Part shown: piece after piece, positions 32,896 through 57,598 of the stretch
Layout: each line of letters begins with the position of its first letter
Numbering within the stretch: position 1 is the first letter of the stretch
Assembly (NCBI RefSeq): GCF_964204645.1
Contig: NC_134029.1
Location: 4,278,001 to 4,342,000, forward strand
From: Tubulanus polymorphus
Lineage: Eukaryota > Animalia > Nemertea
Direction of reading: 5' to 3'
DNA length: 64,000 bases
The notes under the pieces: model-generated
The model's database searches: none
What the model saw: only the letters and a program-made list of their open reading frames with translations
Told to the model about the DNA's origin: nothing
Position numbers and translations under genes: made by a program

Positions 32896-33144
32896 CAGGG
32901 CGGATTCAAGATTTTTACCAAAGTTTACCTAGATTTCCCTGTTTTCATTTTCATATTTCTTACAAAAATGATTAATTTCATTGAGTTAATCATTGTTAAA
33001 AGCAGGGCGTGGACATTGTTTCTCCATTCATCTTTTTTTGTCAAGGTTTTTGCTTCAGCGCCCGTACCCATGTGTGGTTTAACCAAATTCTATAATATTC
33101 TTATTTCTACGTATTAGCCAACCTCCTTAAGATATCCTCAGGAT
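32896..33144. mobile_element. Degenerate MITE of the CAGGGGCGGATCC family in the SLC22 3' region
   Basis: Ends CAGGGCGGATTC and GGATCCGTCCCTG; a similar pair of ends occurs at 31842-32070. Confidence 0.5.
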
Positions 33145-35927
33145 CCGTCCCTGCAGTGCAACATGTATTACTGTGCCAAATAATTGAATTTAAAATTAGT
33201 CTTGGTTGGATCTCCTTGATTTTGATCTTTAAAGTAGATATTATTGAAAATGCTTCTGATGTGCTGAAACTTATTGCCTTTGGATACAAACAGAACTCAT
33301 TTCGAGCCTTGAAGGCAGTGAACATAGCTGTAAAAAAACATTTTTTTGGCAGTGAATATCATTGAAATTGTCTTTGCAATACCTTAAGGGTATATGGCAC
33401 AGGGAAACATGGAAATGAGACTGTTTGGAAATGAGAAAAAATCTTTCTAATGAACCATGAGAGAGGAACATGTCGTTCACTTCTTCTTTGTTCGAATGAT
33501 GATCGAATTTTCTTAGAGGCAATTATTGATTTAGCATTGATCAGGTGATTTACAAATTGCATTTAGTTTACTTAGAAATTTTGCATTACAGGTCAGTCGT
33601 TAACCAGAAAAACCATCGTGATTATTATATTATAATACTCGATGTATCCTTATCATGCGGTGTTATGTAAGAGGTGTTTTAGCCAAACTGATCAAGATTA
33701 ATCTCGCGCATTGTGAAAGAAAGCATTCTTTAGATAATCAGGTTTCTTCTGATTTTAAAACGAGTGTTTACACTATATGTATCTGATGACGTACATGAAT
33801 CTCACGTTTCTGTAGTTAACGTCAGGATTTCAGTATTTTCTGTGTTCGTTGAATATGATTCTGATACGTTGTGTGTGGATCTCAGAACTGGAACGCTCAT
33901 TTATAAATCCTGCCAGTTATGATTTTTACACTTAAAAGAATTCCAATGAATTTGCCGGTTTGTTAGTATATAAATTGTGTGTTTATCCATAGATTTAAAA
34001 TCGAAATAAACATGATAAAATGGGTTTAAATGTCGTTGTGTTTTCACTTCTCGTCGAATTCATGAGTGGATAGGAATTTTTGGAGTCGTGTTAACCTAAT
34101 AATCAAATCAATAAGCCTGTAGGACAACTGATTCTTTTTTCGTGTTTGCACCTGAATCGAAAATGAACGGCAAACAACCGAGAATGAACATTCACCCATA
34201 AGCAAGCAGGACGGAACATCGATTCCGAACAGAATTAGGTTCCGGTAACTTTAACTATTCGGTATATATGTAACAAATACAACGAAACAGATGAATTATC
34301 AAATAATTATATATTTTTGACAGGTGACTGAGGGAATGTAAAAGAATCATTTGAATTATTTCAAATTTGAATAATTTCAAAATTCGTGGACGGTTACCTC
34401 ACAAATCTTCTCACGTCTCAGTATTTCGATAAAGAACAACGTTCCTACACAGCAGTATAGTTACATACAGCAGTATAGTTACATACAGTTAATTACGTTT
34501 GGTAAGTATATCGTTCATGCATTATTTATGGACAGGGATATCTATTTGTCATTTAATTGCATATTCTTTCTGGAATCTGTGCGCGTCGCTTGCGCTTCGC
34601 TCGTACGTACCGTATTAGATTCTATTTGATACAACGCAAGCGCGCATGACGTTAACACCTCTGGAGTGTAATGTCTCGTCTGCAGAAACTCTTGCGATGA
34701 TCGGAGCTCTGGCATGTCTGATTGATGGTACGTACGTAAAAATTCTTTAGAAATAGGATTGAATATCAACGTCACGGTAAGTCCACCAACTATCTTAATT
34801 AATTTGATCTCTACCTTGGGTCAATAAAATGTTGTTAGAGGAAGAGTTATTCAGAATAACTCATACTATTAGCTCGGACAAATCTAGTTGACCGATACAA
34901 TTCCGAGGCAAGTTTTTATCCATAACGTATTTTCAACACGTAGATTCCTAAAAGTCGTTATAGAGGTTATTTCTTAATCAATAATGAACACAAATCGGTA
35001 GAATATGTTGCAAGATCTAATGAAGAAAACGGCAATTCCACAAAAAGTGGAATGGGGCAAAATATTTAAAAAACGAACCTCCTATAGATGTTTTAGAAGA
35101 AGCTTATTAAGACTGAACGTATTTTTTGGGAAATGTCATATCAAGGTTTGCAACAGATGCCTCCTTACGAATATGCATTCTATTGATACATCACACATAC
35201 ATGTTACATACAGTATGACATCAATTTTGACCGAATTGAGTCAATTTTCGCTACGATACAGACAGCTGTTCGAGAGAGCTTTCGAACTCGGGCTGAAAAC
35301 ATAAGAATTATTAAGTAGAAATCCTGATAATCTGCAAAGATGGTCTTGTTTTATAAGGTAAGCAGATACTAACGCATTTAATCAATTTGATGTCGGCCTA
35401 CCCGGGCTATACCCGGGGTCCGTAGTTTAAAAAGGTGCGCAGAATTTGACTTCTATGACGTCAGATTTAAATAGGAAACAGGTGAAATACTGATGAAGTA
35501 CACATATGAATATGTATGATATTGCTTGGAGGTCGAGCGCAACAGACGTTATATGATGGTAAAAATGGGGCCGTTATCGAAGCCTAAATCATTTTAGTGA
35601 ATTTGTATAGAATGCTTTAACCATGTATTTCCACAATAATTATTAGAATATTCATGATGGTATTGAGGTACGGTACTAAACCTTTTCCAATCACTGTCAT
35701 AGTAATGAGTTCAGAGTAATGGAACTGAATAAATTTGAATTTAGGGGATGGCATTCTTCGCGTGTGCATTAATCAGCCGCATAGCGAATACGCCCGTCAG
35801 AAACCAACGTTACCTGACTTGATTCTCAAAATCTAATACTAGTTTCCTGATGAAGACTCATCGCCGGAATCTGTTTAATGGATGTGTATTGCAAAACGAC
35901 GGATATTGAACGATTAGTGAACATCAG

Positions 35928-36282
35928 CAGAGGTGGATCCAGACCGTATTAGCCGTATTGCCCAATACGGTCTAGAATTGTTAAGTGCCCTTCGAAATTT
36001 CACCGGCAATATTTTGAAAGGCATTATTTCAGCAACCGCTAATTCCGTGTCCGGGTTGTTTATTCTGAATTGCTCTGAATTAGTCTCTAGAAGCCCTCTA
36101 AAAGCCTTTAAATGGTACCATATTTTCAAAATTTTCTGGGGGAGGGCCCCCATACCCCCTTCGAAGGACTTCGCGCCTTCGGCACTCGCATTGACCTGGA
36201 TACTGGGTGTGCCCTAAGATCAGAAAGGTGCCCTTAAATTTCCTTCCAATACTGTCTACCCATCCCCCTGGATCCGCCCCTG
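35928..36282. mobile_element. MITE with CAG(A/G)GG(T/C)GGATCCAG terminal inverted repeats
   Basis: CAGAGGTGGATCCAG ... CTGGATCCGCCCCTG, with ATCAG on both flanks and internal GGGGGAGGGCCCCC and CTTCGCGCCTTCGGC segments. Confidence 0.7.
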
Positions 36283-36746
36283 ATCAGAAACGACAAATTC
36301 ACTCGAGTTGCGTGAGAATCAGCCTATAACTCACAGCTGCCTCCACTCTCGTAGGTGAAACACTGAATGACTTCTGCAAATCAAGATCGAATTTCGAGTG
36401 AAAAACCGAAAGCCAAAATAAGCTTTCCGGTCCGTCCAACTACATCATTTTCCATCTTCAACCATTTCTAAGCCACGCTCTTTGCTTCGACCATAAAGAA
36501 GAACACTTATGGGAAATAGATCACTTCAGTTGATTGTCTTTCTAGGGTTTTATTGTAGGGTTTTATAGGGTTTTATCGAGACGGCCGGCTTCACGGGCCC
36601 ACAATCAATCGTTTTTTTTCGAAACCGAAATTTCGAATTAGGGGACCCACTTTCAGCGCTCATCCAGACATCCACGTTTTTAAAAAACTTATAGAAATAT
36701 GATTTTTCATATATAGAGGAATCCCACAATAATAACGAATACTGGT

Positions 36747-36788
36747 ATTCCTGAAGATGTTTATTAGACTATAGTCGAAACGTCGAAT
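36747..36788 (+). ncRNA. Minimal type-I hammerhead ribozyme-like motif (Penelope-like element type)
   Basis: AUUC-CUGAAGA-U-[imperfect stem II]-GAAAC-GUC-GAAU: intact CUGANGA, GAAA and GUC core, stem I AUUC/GAAU, palindromic ACGU helix III. Confidence 0.65.
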
Positions 36789-36882
36789 GAACTACTTATA
36801 GCTCTAGGAAACATTTTCGGACTTTGTTTTTCGTTATCATCGGATATAGTGGTTTCCATAGACAAGTGGCTGTCCAATATCA

Positions 36883-37040
36883 ATAGTAGACAAAAACCCA
36901 CAATAAAAAGAAAAACTATCTGGTAGCTTAACGTTTCAACTCAATTCTAACAGCAGTTTTTGAAAATGGCTCATAGAATTGAGTTGAAACGTTAAGCTAC
37001 CATATATTTTTTCTTTTTATTGTGGGTTTTTGTCTACTAT
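36883..37040. repeat. Near-perfect inverted repeat with about 66-bp arms
   Basis: ATAGTAGACAAAAACCCACAATAAAAAG...CAACTCAATTCTA is mirrored at 36973-37040; the centre holds a decayed hammerhead-like core (TTGAAAA-T-GGCTCA-TAGAAT-TGAGTT-GAAACGTT). Confidence 0.85.
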
Positions 37041-37173
37041 CGGATATAGTGTTTTTTCAATGGTGATGAGATTTTTATTTACACCTTTTAAAGATGTGGA
37101 TTCCATTCTGCATGGCCGATTGTGTTACGACTCGTGAGATGTGAAAATATAATTATGTGGCATACCCGACTTT

Positions 37174-42423
<5,250 letters not shown>

Positions 42424-44083
42424 CGGCTAACATGTATCTAACTCAAGTACGCGCGGAGAGGACGTCTAAAAACATGTATCAATAACTAGCAGAAACATTT
42501 TTTGATAAAGATGTACTGTATTTATAACGTGAAACAAGATATACATTTTGTTCCACTATTTTCATATAGTCTAGTTGCGGAATATTACATTTTAACTCTC
42601 TACCGACAATGAATTTTTTTCGAACAAATGTTTCATATTTTTCTTAGATCTGAACTAGGGCAAGAATTCATCATCGAAAGTCGTCACAGTTTTACATTTA
42701 ACTGTGGAAGAAAGTTTCAAAGTCGAGAATCAAATAGTTTGAGGCAGGGGTTCAATGAAACTGGATTGTTGTTGCCTTTTAGGGAAAGTGAGACGGATAC
42801 TAGTGTAGGGTAAACCTCTGTTTTAATACGCAACCTTGTAAATATGATATTTCATTCGAAAATACTATTTCGAGATGATATACCGGTATCTGTATTAATT
42901 TTTCTATCGCAGTTGATGTTGCAGTAATTACTATCATTGTGTCAATAATAATTATTTCATTTCAATAAAGTAGTCGAATATTTTCAACTTATTTCTCTGC
43001 CGAAGTAATTCAAGGGACTCCCACAGCGCATCGTAATCGAGTTGTCTGCGGACTGTGACGCGTGAAGTCAGAATATTCATACATTGTACATTCATTTAAA
43101 TTTGCTGCACGCAAAAAGAAACGACTGGAGACTATTTTTGTCTCGTCAATCGACGGCCGTTGAAATTCGTGACTTATATACACACAATCATTTCGTTTAT
43201 CTCCAAAAGATAAGAATTTCTTTAAAAAGAATCAATACTGATTGTGTATTAAGATCAATCCATAATATACGTGCATATCTATCTATATTTCAATTACATC
43301 TAGATATTACTTGTACGAACTGTCATATTTTTAAAAAGTGGTTTTAGATATTTCTTTTCATAGGGATGTCTGTCTACTACTGTTTCTTAAAGCACAATTT
43401 AGACGATTATTCATTTTCAACTACGTGGAGTGACAATTTCACTTCTCACAGACTGCGTCGAGTATCTGTCGTCCAGTTCCCCAGTTTCCACGCCTATAGC
43501 AATCATTTTGTAATGGCGATCATTTGGATATTCTCTGAGGGAAACAAACACTGATATAAAACACCTTCGGGTCAGGTTGCAATCGCTTCGTATCATTCTG
43601 ATTTACCGCCATAAGTCACATTGATTCGTGTTTATTCATAATTACCTTGAATAAACATTTCAATGCTATCAACGTTATCAATATTCGATGCGACGGGCGA
43701 AGTCGTTTAACACTTCGTTGTTCTCTAGACCGACCGGCAAACAGATTTACCTATTCACTCCCGTTTTTTAGGGCGACAGTGCGGGGAAGTGGGTATTGCC
43801 GCCGTCATATGTATGCGCGGCAAATAAAACAGCGCAGCATTCAATCTATGAAAAACGAACGGCAACAACACGGCGGTGCCAGCAATACATTACCGGCTTA
43901 GAGACACCTGCATAAAATAAATACCGCGATGGGTCCGGTGAGATCCGTACGAAATAGGGAACAACACAGTTAAACTCGTGATATCATCGGATACAATCGT
44001 ATGACCGAAGTCTTGTTTGTTTCCTAGGACGCACGTATATATTCATAACGTTGTAACTAACGTTTCAGAGGACGTATTTCACT

Positions 44084-47000
44084 ATGGCTCGGCAGACGAA
44101 TAACAACTGTTTACGTCGAACAAAAATTCAAAAAGAAATCGATTCGGATTTCAGCTCAGGGACGACTTGTCACGGATTTTGGAGACTTATCGGCTCCACG
44201 CATGGTTTGCAAAAGGTTTTCTGGGCCGTGTTTATCATCGCAGCCTTCTGTTTGACGTCGTGGCAAATAATATTGCAATTCGTTGCTTATTATTCGTATG
44301 GGACGGCAACACAAATTGTTGTGCAAGAAAATCCGAGTCTTACTTTTCCAGCTGTCACCATTTGTAATTTCAACACGTAAGTATCAGCTATAATGAGATG
44401 TAAACATACTGAGAAACCTGTACTATTCATCGCAATAGGTTTTTAAAAAGTATTTCCAAACGAACGATAGATTACAGCGAAATATTTTCTGACAGATAGA
44501 TACGGTTATATGTTGTTGAAGTTCTTGATATTACAAAGAGTGAAATTGTTTTTAGTTATCAGAAATCGTTATTGACCCCGGCCGAACGTTACGCCGTTGA
44601 AGCCGGTTCAATGTTGTTCTCGGATGTTGAAGATGCGATGTTACCTGGTTTTGATGTTGGTGCATACCTCTCAAACATGAGCCACCTTTTCCCGAGTGAG
44701 TTTTGCATATTTCTGTTCTAATAAACCAATCGTCGAAGGCGCGCAAGAATCTGCAGCCAATCAAATCTCCCAACTACGCCAATTGATTAAACATAATTAT
44801 CTATACTGAATTAAAATCCAGAATTGATTTTTGTCTAGGACCTGATACCAATACTAATATTTCACGCTTTCGCGGTTTTTTCTATCGTGGACTGGCTTCC
44901 AATTACGCAATTTATCGTTATCACGTTATCTTTTTTTCTTAGATGGTTTTGACATCGCAGCGGTTACGAGAAAAGCCGGCTGGAAACTCGATAATGAAAC
45001 ACTGTTACACTGTAAATTCAATGGACAGCAATGTTCCACCAACGTGAGTCAATATCTGATTACGCGTAGTGCATATATGACTATTATTTGTTATGGCGAT
45101 AACATAACGTGGTTTTCGTCATTCATCATCCAGTTTTAGCGTTTTTTCGGTATTCCGATGGGTTTTAGCGGACGTGCTTGGACGCTAAATCTTTATGAAT
45201 CCATTTAATTTTTTCCGTTAATTGACATGACGAACTTTGTAACCGCGTTACATATCCATGCGTCCATTATCGCACAGGAAAATATTACTCTCAGAATGGT
45301 CGTTACGAGTCTCCGGGAACCAATTCTTTTCGTGTAACCTAAAAGAAAATAGCTTTCCGGATATATAGGGTCGGTTCCATAGATGTGGTTAAACTAATTT
45401 TGACTGAAGAGTCAATCGTGACCGTGCTTCATATAGTTGTACTGGACAAATAATAATCGTGGTTAAAAAGGGAGTTTTAGATACACGACGCTTTTATTTT
45501 TCCAAATATATTTTCAGGATTTCTGGCACACGTTTACAACGTACGGTAGCTGCTATCAGTTCAACAAGAATAAAAAGTACATACAATATCTCTCAGGATC
45601 GGGAAACGGTTTACAGATTATGTTGAATATCAAAGAGGTACCTTCTAGTACGCTGATGAATTGAATGTCAGACTTCATCTTTATCTACATTAATTGAAAG
45701 TTTTGGCACCAATGCCCTCCGCTCCGTAGATTCCCATCTTCATCCCGAAGCTAGATTAGATTATGAAATTGATTAGACACTAGAGGGTCGTTTAGCGAAG
45801 TTTATTATGATTAAATTTGGATTATTGGTGTTAATGAGAATGAGAATGTTGATTGATAAGAACCGGTACTATGAAGACTGTTCCCAAGGTCCAACAATAA
45901 AATCCTAAATGTTATAGGTTTACATCAATATACTACGAGTTTACGATGATTTCATGGCTTCATGACTTGGGTTCTAATTTATTGTTACCAGAGAGCCAGC
46001 TGTTTAACTTGGCAAATAGGCGACTAGCGTATTAATTATTGTTAACGCAACGCATTATGCGCATAGTATAAACGGCGTCAAAGTTCAGATAAATGATTCT
46101 TCGCGTGCTCAGTTCTCAGAAGTTGGAAAAATAGCCTTCCTAAGTTGGTTCATATTCATTTGATTTGTTCGTTTACGAAATTTGACGTGTCCTCTCGAAA
46201 TTCATTATAGTCCGAATATACCAGTACGTTATTGTGGAGCGGTAATGTCGAATCAGGTCTAAGACTGCACGTTCATCCCCAACACGAAGCGCCCGATGTT
46301 CTTTCTAAGGGAATATCAGTCGGACCAGGTTTGAAAGCGTACGTGGCTGCCAGAACATACGAGGTAACATTTTGTCATGAATTCGACACAATATCCACTC
46401 AAATTTGATTACTCGGTCAAGGATCCCTCGCTTTGTGACCCAATTTATTTCTGTGTAACTAAATAAAATAAGTGTCTGAAAAACTGGATAAGTGTTCATT
46501 CCCTCAATGGGAAGTGTAAAAATAACCTAAAAGTTAATATGCATGCACACCTTATATATCTGTAGGCACAAATGGTTTTTTGACTTGAATATATTCATAC
46601 TTTTATCTATAATTTTGCAGCCAATCAACTGTTAATGAAAACCATGTTCTCGGAGAAACTGAAATATTGCATTTTGATTTAATAATTTCTGATCTGATAG
46701 ATTCCATCGTGTAATTTCTATTTTACCAATATTCGATATGAGCTCACTGGAAATAGATGAATTTCAGCTTTAGTTTTGATTTTTCAGTTGCGTAACGCGA
46801 AAAAGCCGTGGGGAGAATGCGATCCTAAAAGGAGGTTGAAATATTTCCCCTTCTATTCGAAATCAGGTTGTATCCTAGAATGTAAAGATCGATTGGTCAA
46901 TCATAATTGCCAGTGTAAAATTCTACATTTTCCAGGCAAGTTCTATAATATGAATTTCATATCCCTAATTTTACGAAATCGACGAGATCAAAGATATTTG

Positions 47001-48926
47001 ATTGGTTTTATACTGAAAGGGAAAGTTCGTATCAGCTATAAATAAACTCTCGTTCTCAACATTTAGCACATCAAACCATTCTTTTTTAATTTTTGGCTTT
47101 TGGTCTCGTGTTGAGCCATTAATTGTTTCTAATGGATTTTCGTATTCATTCTAGTTCCATCCGTAACAAGTAGGCGGGTAATAGTGAATTCGTTACTTCT
47201 TTCAGGGAAATATCCAGTTTGCGATCCTCAACAAACAGCAAATTGTGCTCGAAATCTCCTGTGTAAGTATGAAACATGTGCGACTCATAAACGAATGCTG
47301 CTACATTTTTACATATGATGTAAAGTACGTTCTACCTGTATTATCAACTCTGATACCACAAACTGTTTGTAAAGAATAAGAAAAATATGTACACGTATTA
47401 TGTTGTCTTATATAAATATCTTCATGAACATACTTTGAAATCATGGTCGAAAGCCTGTGTAAATAAATCTGAACGCAGAGTTGAATGAGTAATGATATAT
47501 TCAATGGTAATATTAGATGTTGCTAGAGCCGGTGCGTTGCAAGTCGACCTTTCACTGAAATTGGATCAAGTAGAATTAATCATCTAACAATCGTTGATGT
47601 TTCAAGGATAGTCTCATTAACCTAATAACACACGTCCTAGTGTATCATAGTATTCCCGCATAAATCGCATCTCTTTTATTTCTTTTCCAATTTTCACGCT
47701 AGTTATGTTTAGCACGCGATCAAAAATATTATTGTATGATTATATATGTATATTATGATTTTTGCTCGACGCATTTTCCCTTTGATTTCCTCCATTTTGT
47801 TTTTATGTAAATTTGACAACATAAACATCCAAATGTTATATACGGTTTAACCCTGCCATGACCGAACAATATTTTTCGAGGGTCGCCGTCATGATAGAAT
47901 CTACCAGGATTTAATTATTTCATGTGTTTCATTCAATTTTCCAGCGAAAATACGACAAAATATGACGTCATACTGCGGTCATTGTGTCCACGGCTGTCGC
48001 GAAATCTCGCACCCGATTCAGATGTCTTACTCGTCGATACCGAATTCGCCTATATCTGATTCGCTCGCTTCCTACATAGGTTTGAATTCATCGTCTATAC
48101 GGTAAATATATATATGTAACGGATGAACGGATAATAAGATAAAAACCCACTGTCTACAAATAGAAAGAAATTTAGAATCAAGAAATTCATTCATTCGAAC
48201 AATCTGAAATATATTAAGTACACGACGTTTCGATCTCACCCTAGAGATCATCGCCAGGTGTGCAGTAAAACTGCAGAAAACGTAGGATAGAATAAAGAAA
48301 CTTTTGTATCATTTCTTTAGACGGAATGTCGTTATGTTGGATGTATTCTACGAGGATTTGAGGATCTACGTTACGGAGATTTATCCGGCAATGACTGTCG
48401 GCAGTCTCCTGAGTAAGTATTGAGAAAGTATTGATTCGAGGATGATCATCAGTCCCACGGATTTGCAGTATATTCATCCATTGGCAATATAATTTCGAGA
48501 ACTGGATATCACATATACATATCTAAATGTATGTTTCAGAAGATTTCAGAAGAGTAAATTTGTGTATAGTTTTCAAAAATATTCATTTACAGGTAATGTC
48601 GGTGGCCAGTTGGGTTTGTTTATCGGTTTGAGCGTCGGAACGCTGTTCGAATTCATCGAATACGGAATCATTCGCTTGTTGAGCTTTTTCAGACTGAGAG
48701 GCGCTTCGTACAGAAAACAGCTGCCGAAACCGACGAAAAAGGGCCACAATGAATCATTAGTTGGTATATGATCATAAAATAACATATTATGCGATGTATG
48801 AACTAAATCGGTGTGTTACCTTGACTTGTCTTCTTTTCGTATCTGCTAACAGATGATGACAAACCTTCGAGTAGAAAAGGTTCCGAAATGCTCGAAATGC
48901 TCAAACACAACATACCAGATTCGTAA
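44084..48926 (+). CDS. DEG/ENaC (ASIC-like) channel subunit, multi-exon
   Basis: TTCHG motif, TM1, FPAVTICNFN, TTYGSCYQFN, Cys-rich thumb (CILEC...NCQC...HFPGKYPVC), TM2 LLSNVGGQLGLFIGLSV. A probable last exon at 48853-48926 ends ...NIPDS*; if unspliced, the stop is at 48771. Confidence 0.92.
48218..48263 (-). ncRNA. Minimal type-I hammerhead ribozyme-like motif with one core substitution
   Basis: Minus strand ACAC-CUGGCGA-U-GAUCUC-UAGGGU-GAGAUC-GAAAC-GUC-GUGU: perfect 6-bp stem II and 4-bp stem I, but A6 is replaced by G. Confidence 0.7.
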
Positions 48927-49095
48927 TTCGTGAACGCCTGCATGTGTTGCCACCTGTCCTTCCCTATCAGCTATTTTAGAGTTTAGAAGTTATCTTATGT
49001 TTTACTCAGTGTTTACAATATAATAACGCTAAAGTATATTCACGTATACAGAAAAAATTGAGCTACATTTTATGGTTACATTTTACTATATGATT

Positions 49096-49328
49096 GTAAA
49101 ACGAAATTTTATAGAATATGAAATAAATTCTTCTAAGAGATGAAATGTGTTTTTTAAATCTCCAATACGTCGTTTTAGCGCTTTGTTAGAAAGGCACGTG
49201 GGTTTAAATTCGTAAAACGAAATTTTATAGAATATGAAATAAATTCTTCTAAGAGATGAAATGTGTTTTTTAAATCTCCAATACGTCGTTTTAGCGCTTT
49301 GTTAGAAAGGCACGTGGGTTTAAATTCG
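49096..49328. repeat. Exact 116-bp tandem duplication containing AATAAA
   Basis: GTAAAACGAAATTTTATAG...GGGTTTAAATTC occurs at 49096 and again at 49212. Confidence 0.95.
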
Positions 49329-49618
49329 AAAAATGGGCTACCGTCGATATTTCCCCTCACGTCAAACATCAATCGGTTCCACAATCGTCCATGAAAAATA
49401 ACCAGAAATCGGCTAAGGAATGGTCGTAGTCCACTCGCGTTGAAAGGTTATCGAATCAATTTGTGAATGAATTTTTTTAAATGGCTTCGCGTTAACCTGG
49501 CATCCTATTTGTAACGCCATGTGGATATTACTGCGTAAATCGATGAGTCAACTGACTCCTTGATAGTCACATGCTATAACACCAGATACCGTACGTAACC
49601 ATCTGTCACTGTAAAATC

Positions 49619-57032
<7,414 letters not shown>

Positions 57033-57598
57033 CGACGTATAGAAAGCTCCCTGATCTGCGTGAAAAATTACATCACCAATGTTTGATATTATTTATAGCA
57101 CATAAAAAACTTAGTTCAATGGTGCGTTAGAAGATACTCGAAATTAGACGATGAGGGAATACTCGAAGAAAGTACCGGTACTTCCTAAAAATAGAATTTA
57201 CGAAGACAAAGATTCATGTATTTTTGGTGCTTTCCTGTTTCTTGCCAATATATCTAATGTGATTCGATATGTGTTGTATGGACAGCGAAATATTAAATGG
57301 CAATAGAAATATAAGTACGTTGTACGTGTCTGGTAAATTCATTTTACATTCAAGTCGGTGTAGGTGCATTTGTCTTATGTGCATAGAAATCTTGAGACGT
57401 GTCTCTAATAGTCATAACAGGGCAAGGGTTCGTGACAATTGACGCATGTCAATCTTGTAGCGATTCCAGAATAGTATTTTAGAAATTAGTCACCCTTTAC
57501 GGTGACCGATGATTAAACCAACCTGTAAAAGTCCCAAGTGTTACCTGGCGACATCATTAATTGTGGAAGACACCGAACGAAACGAACCACATACAGTT

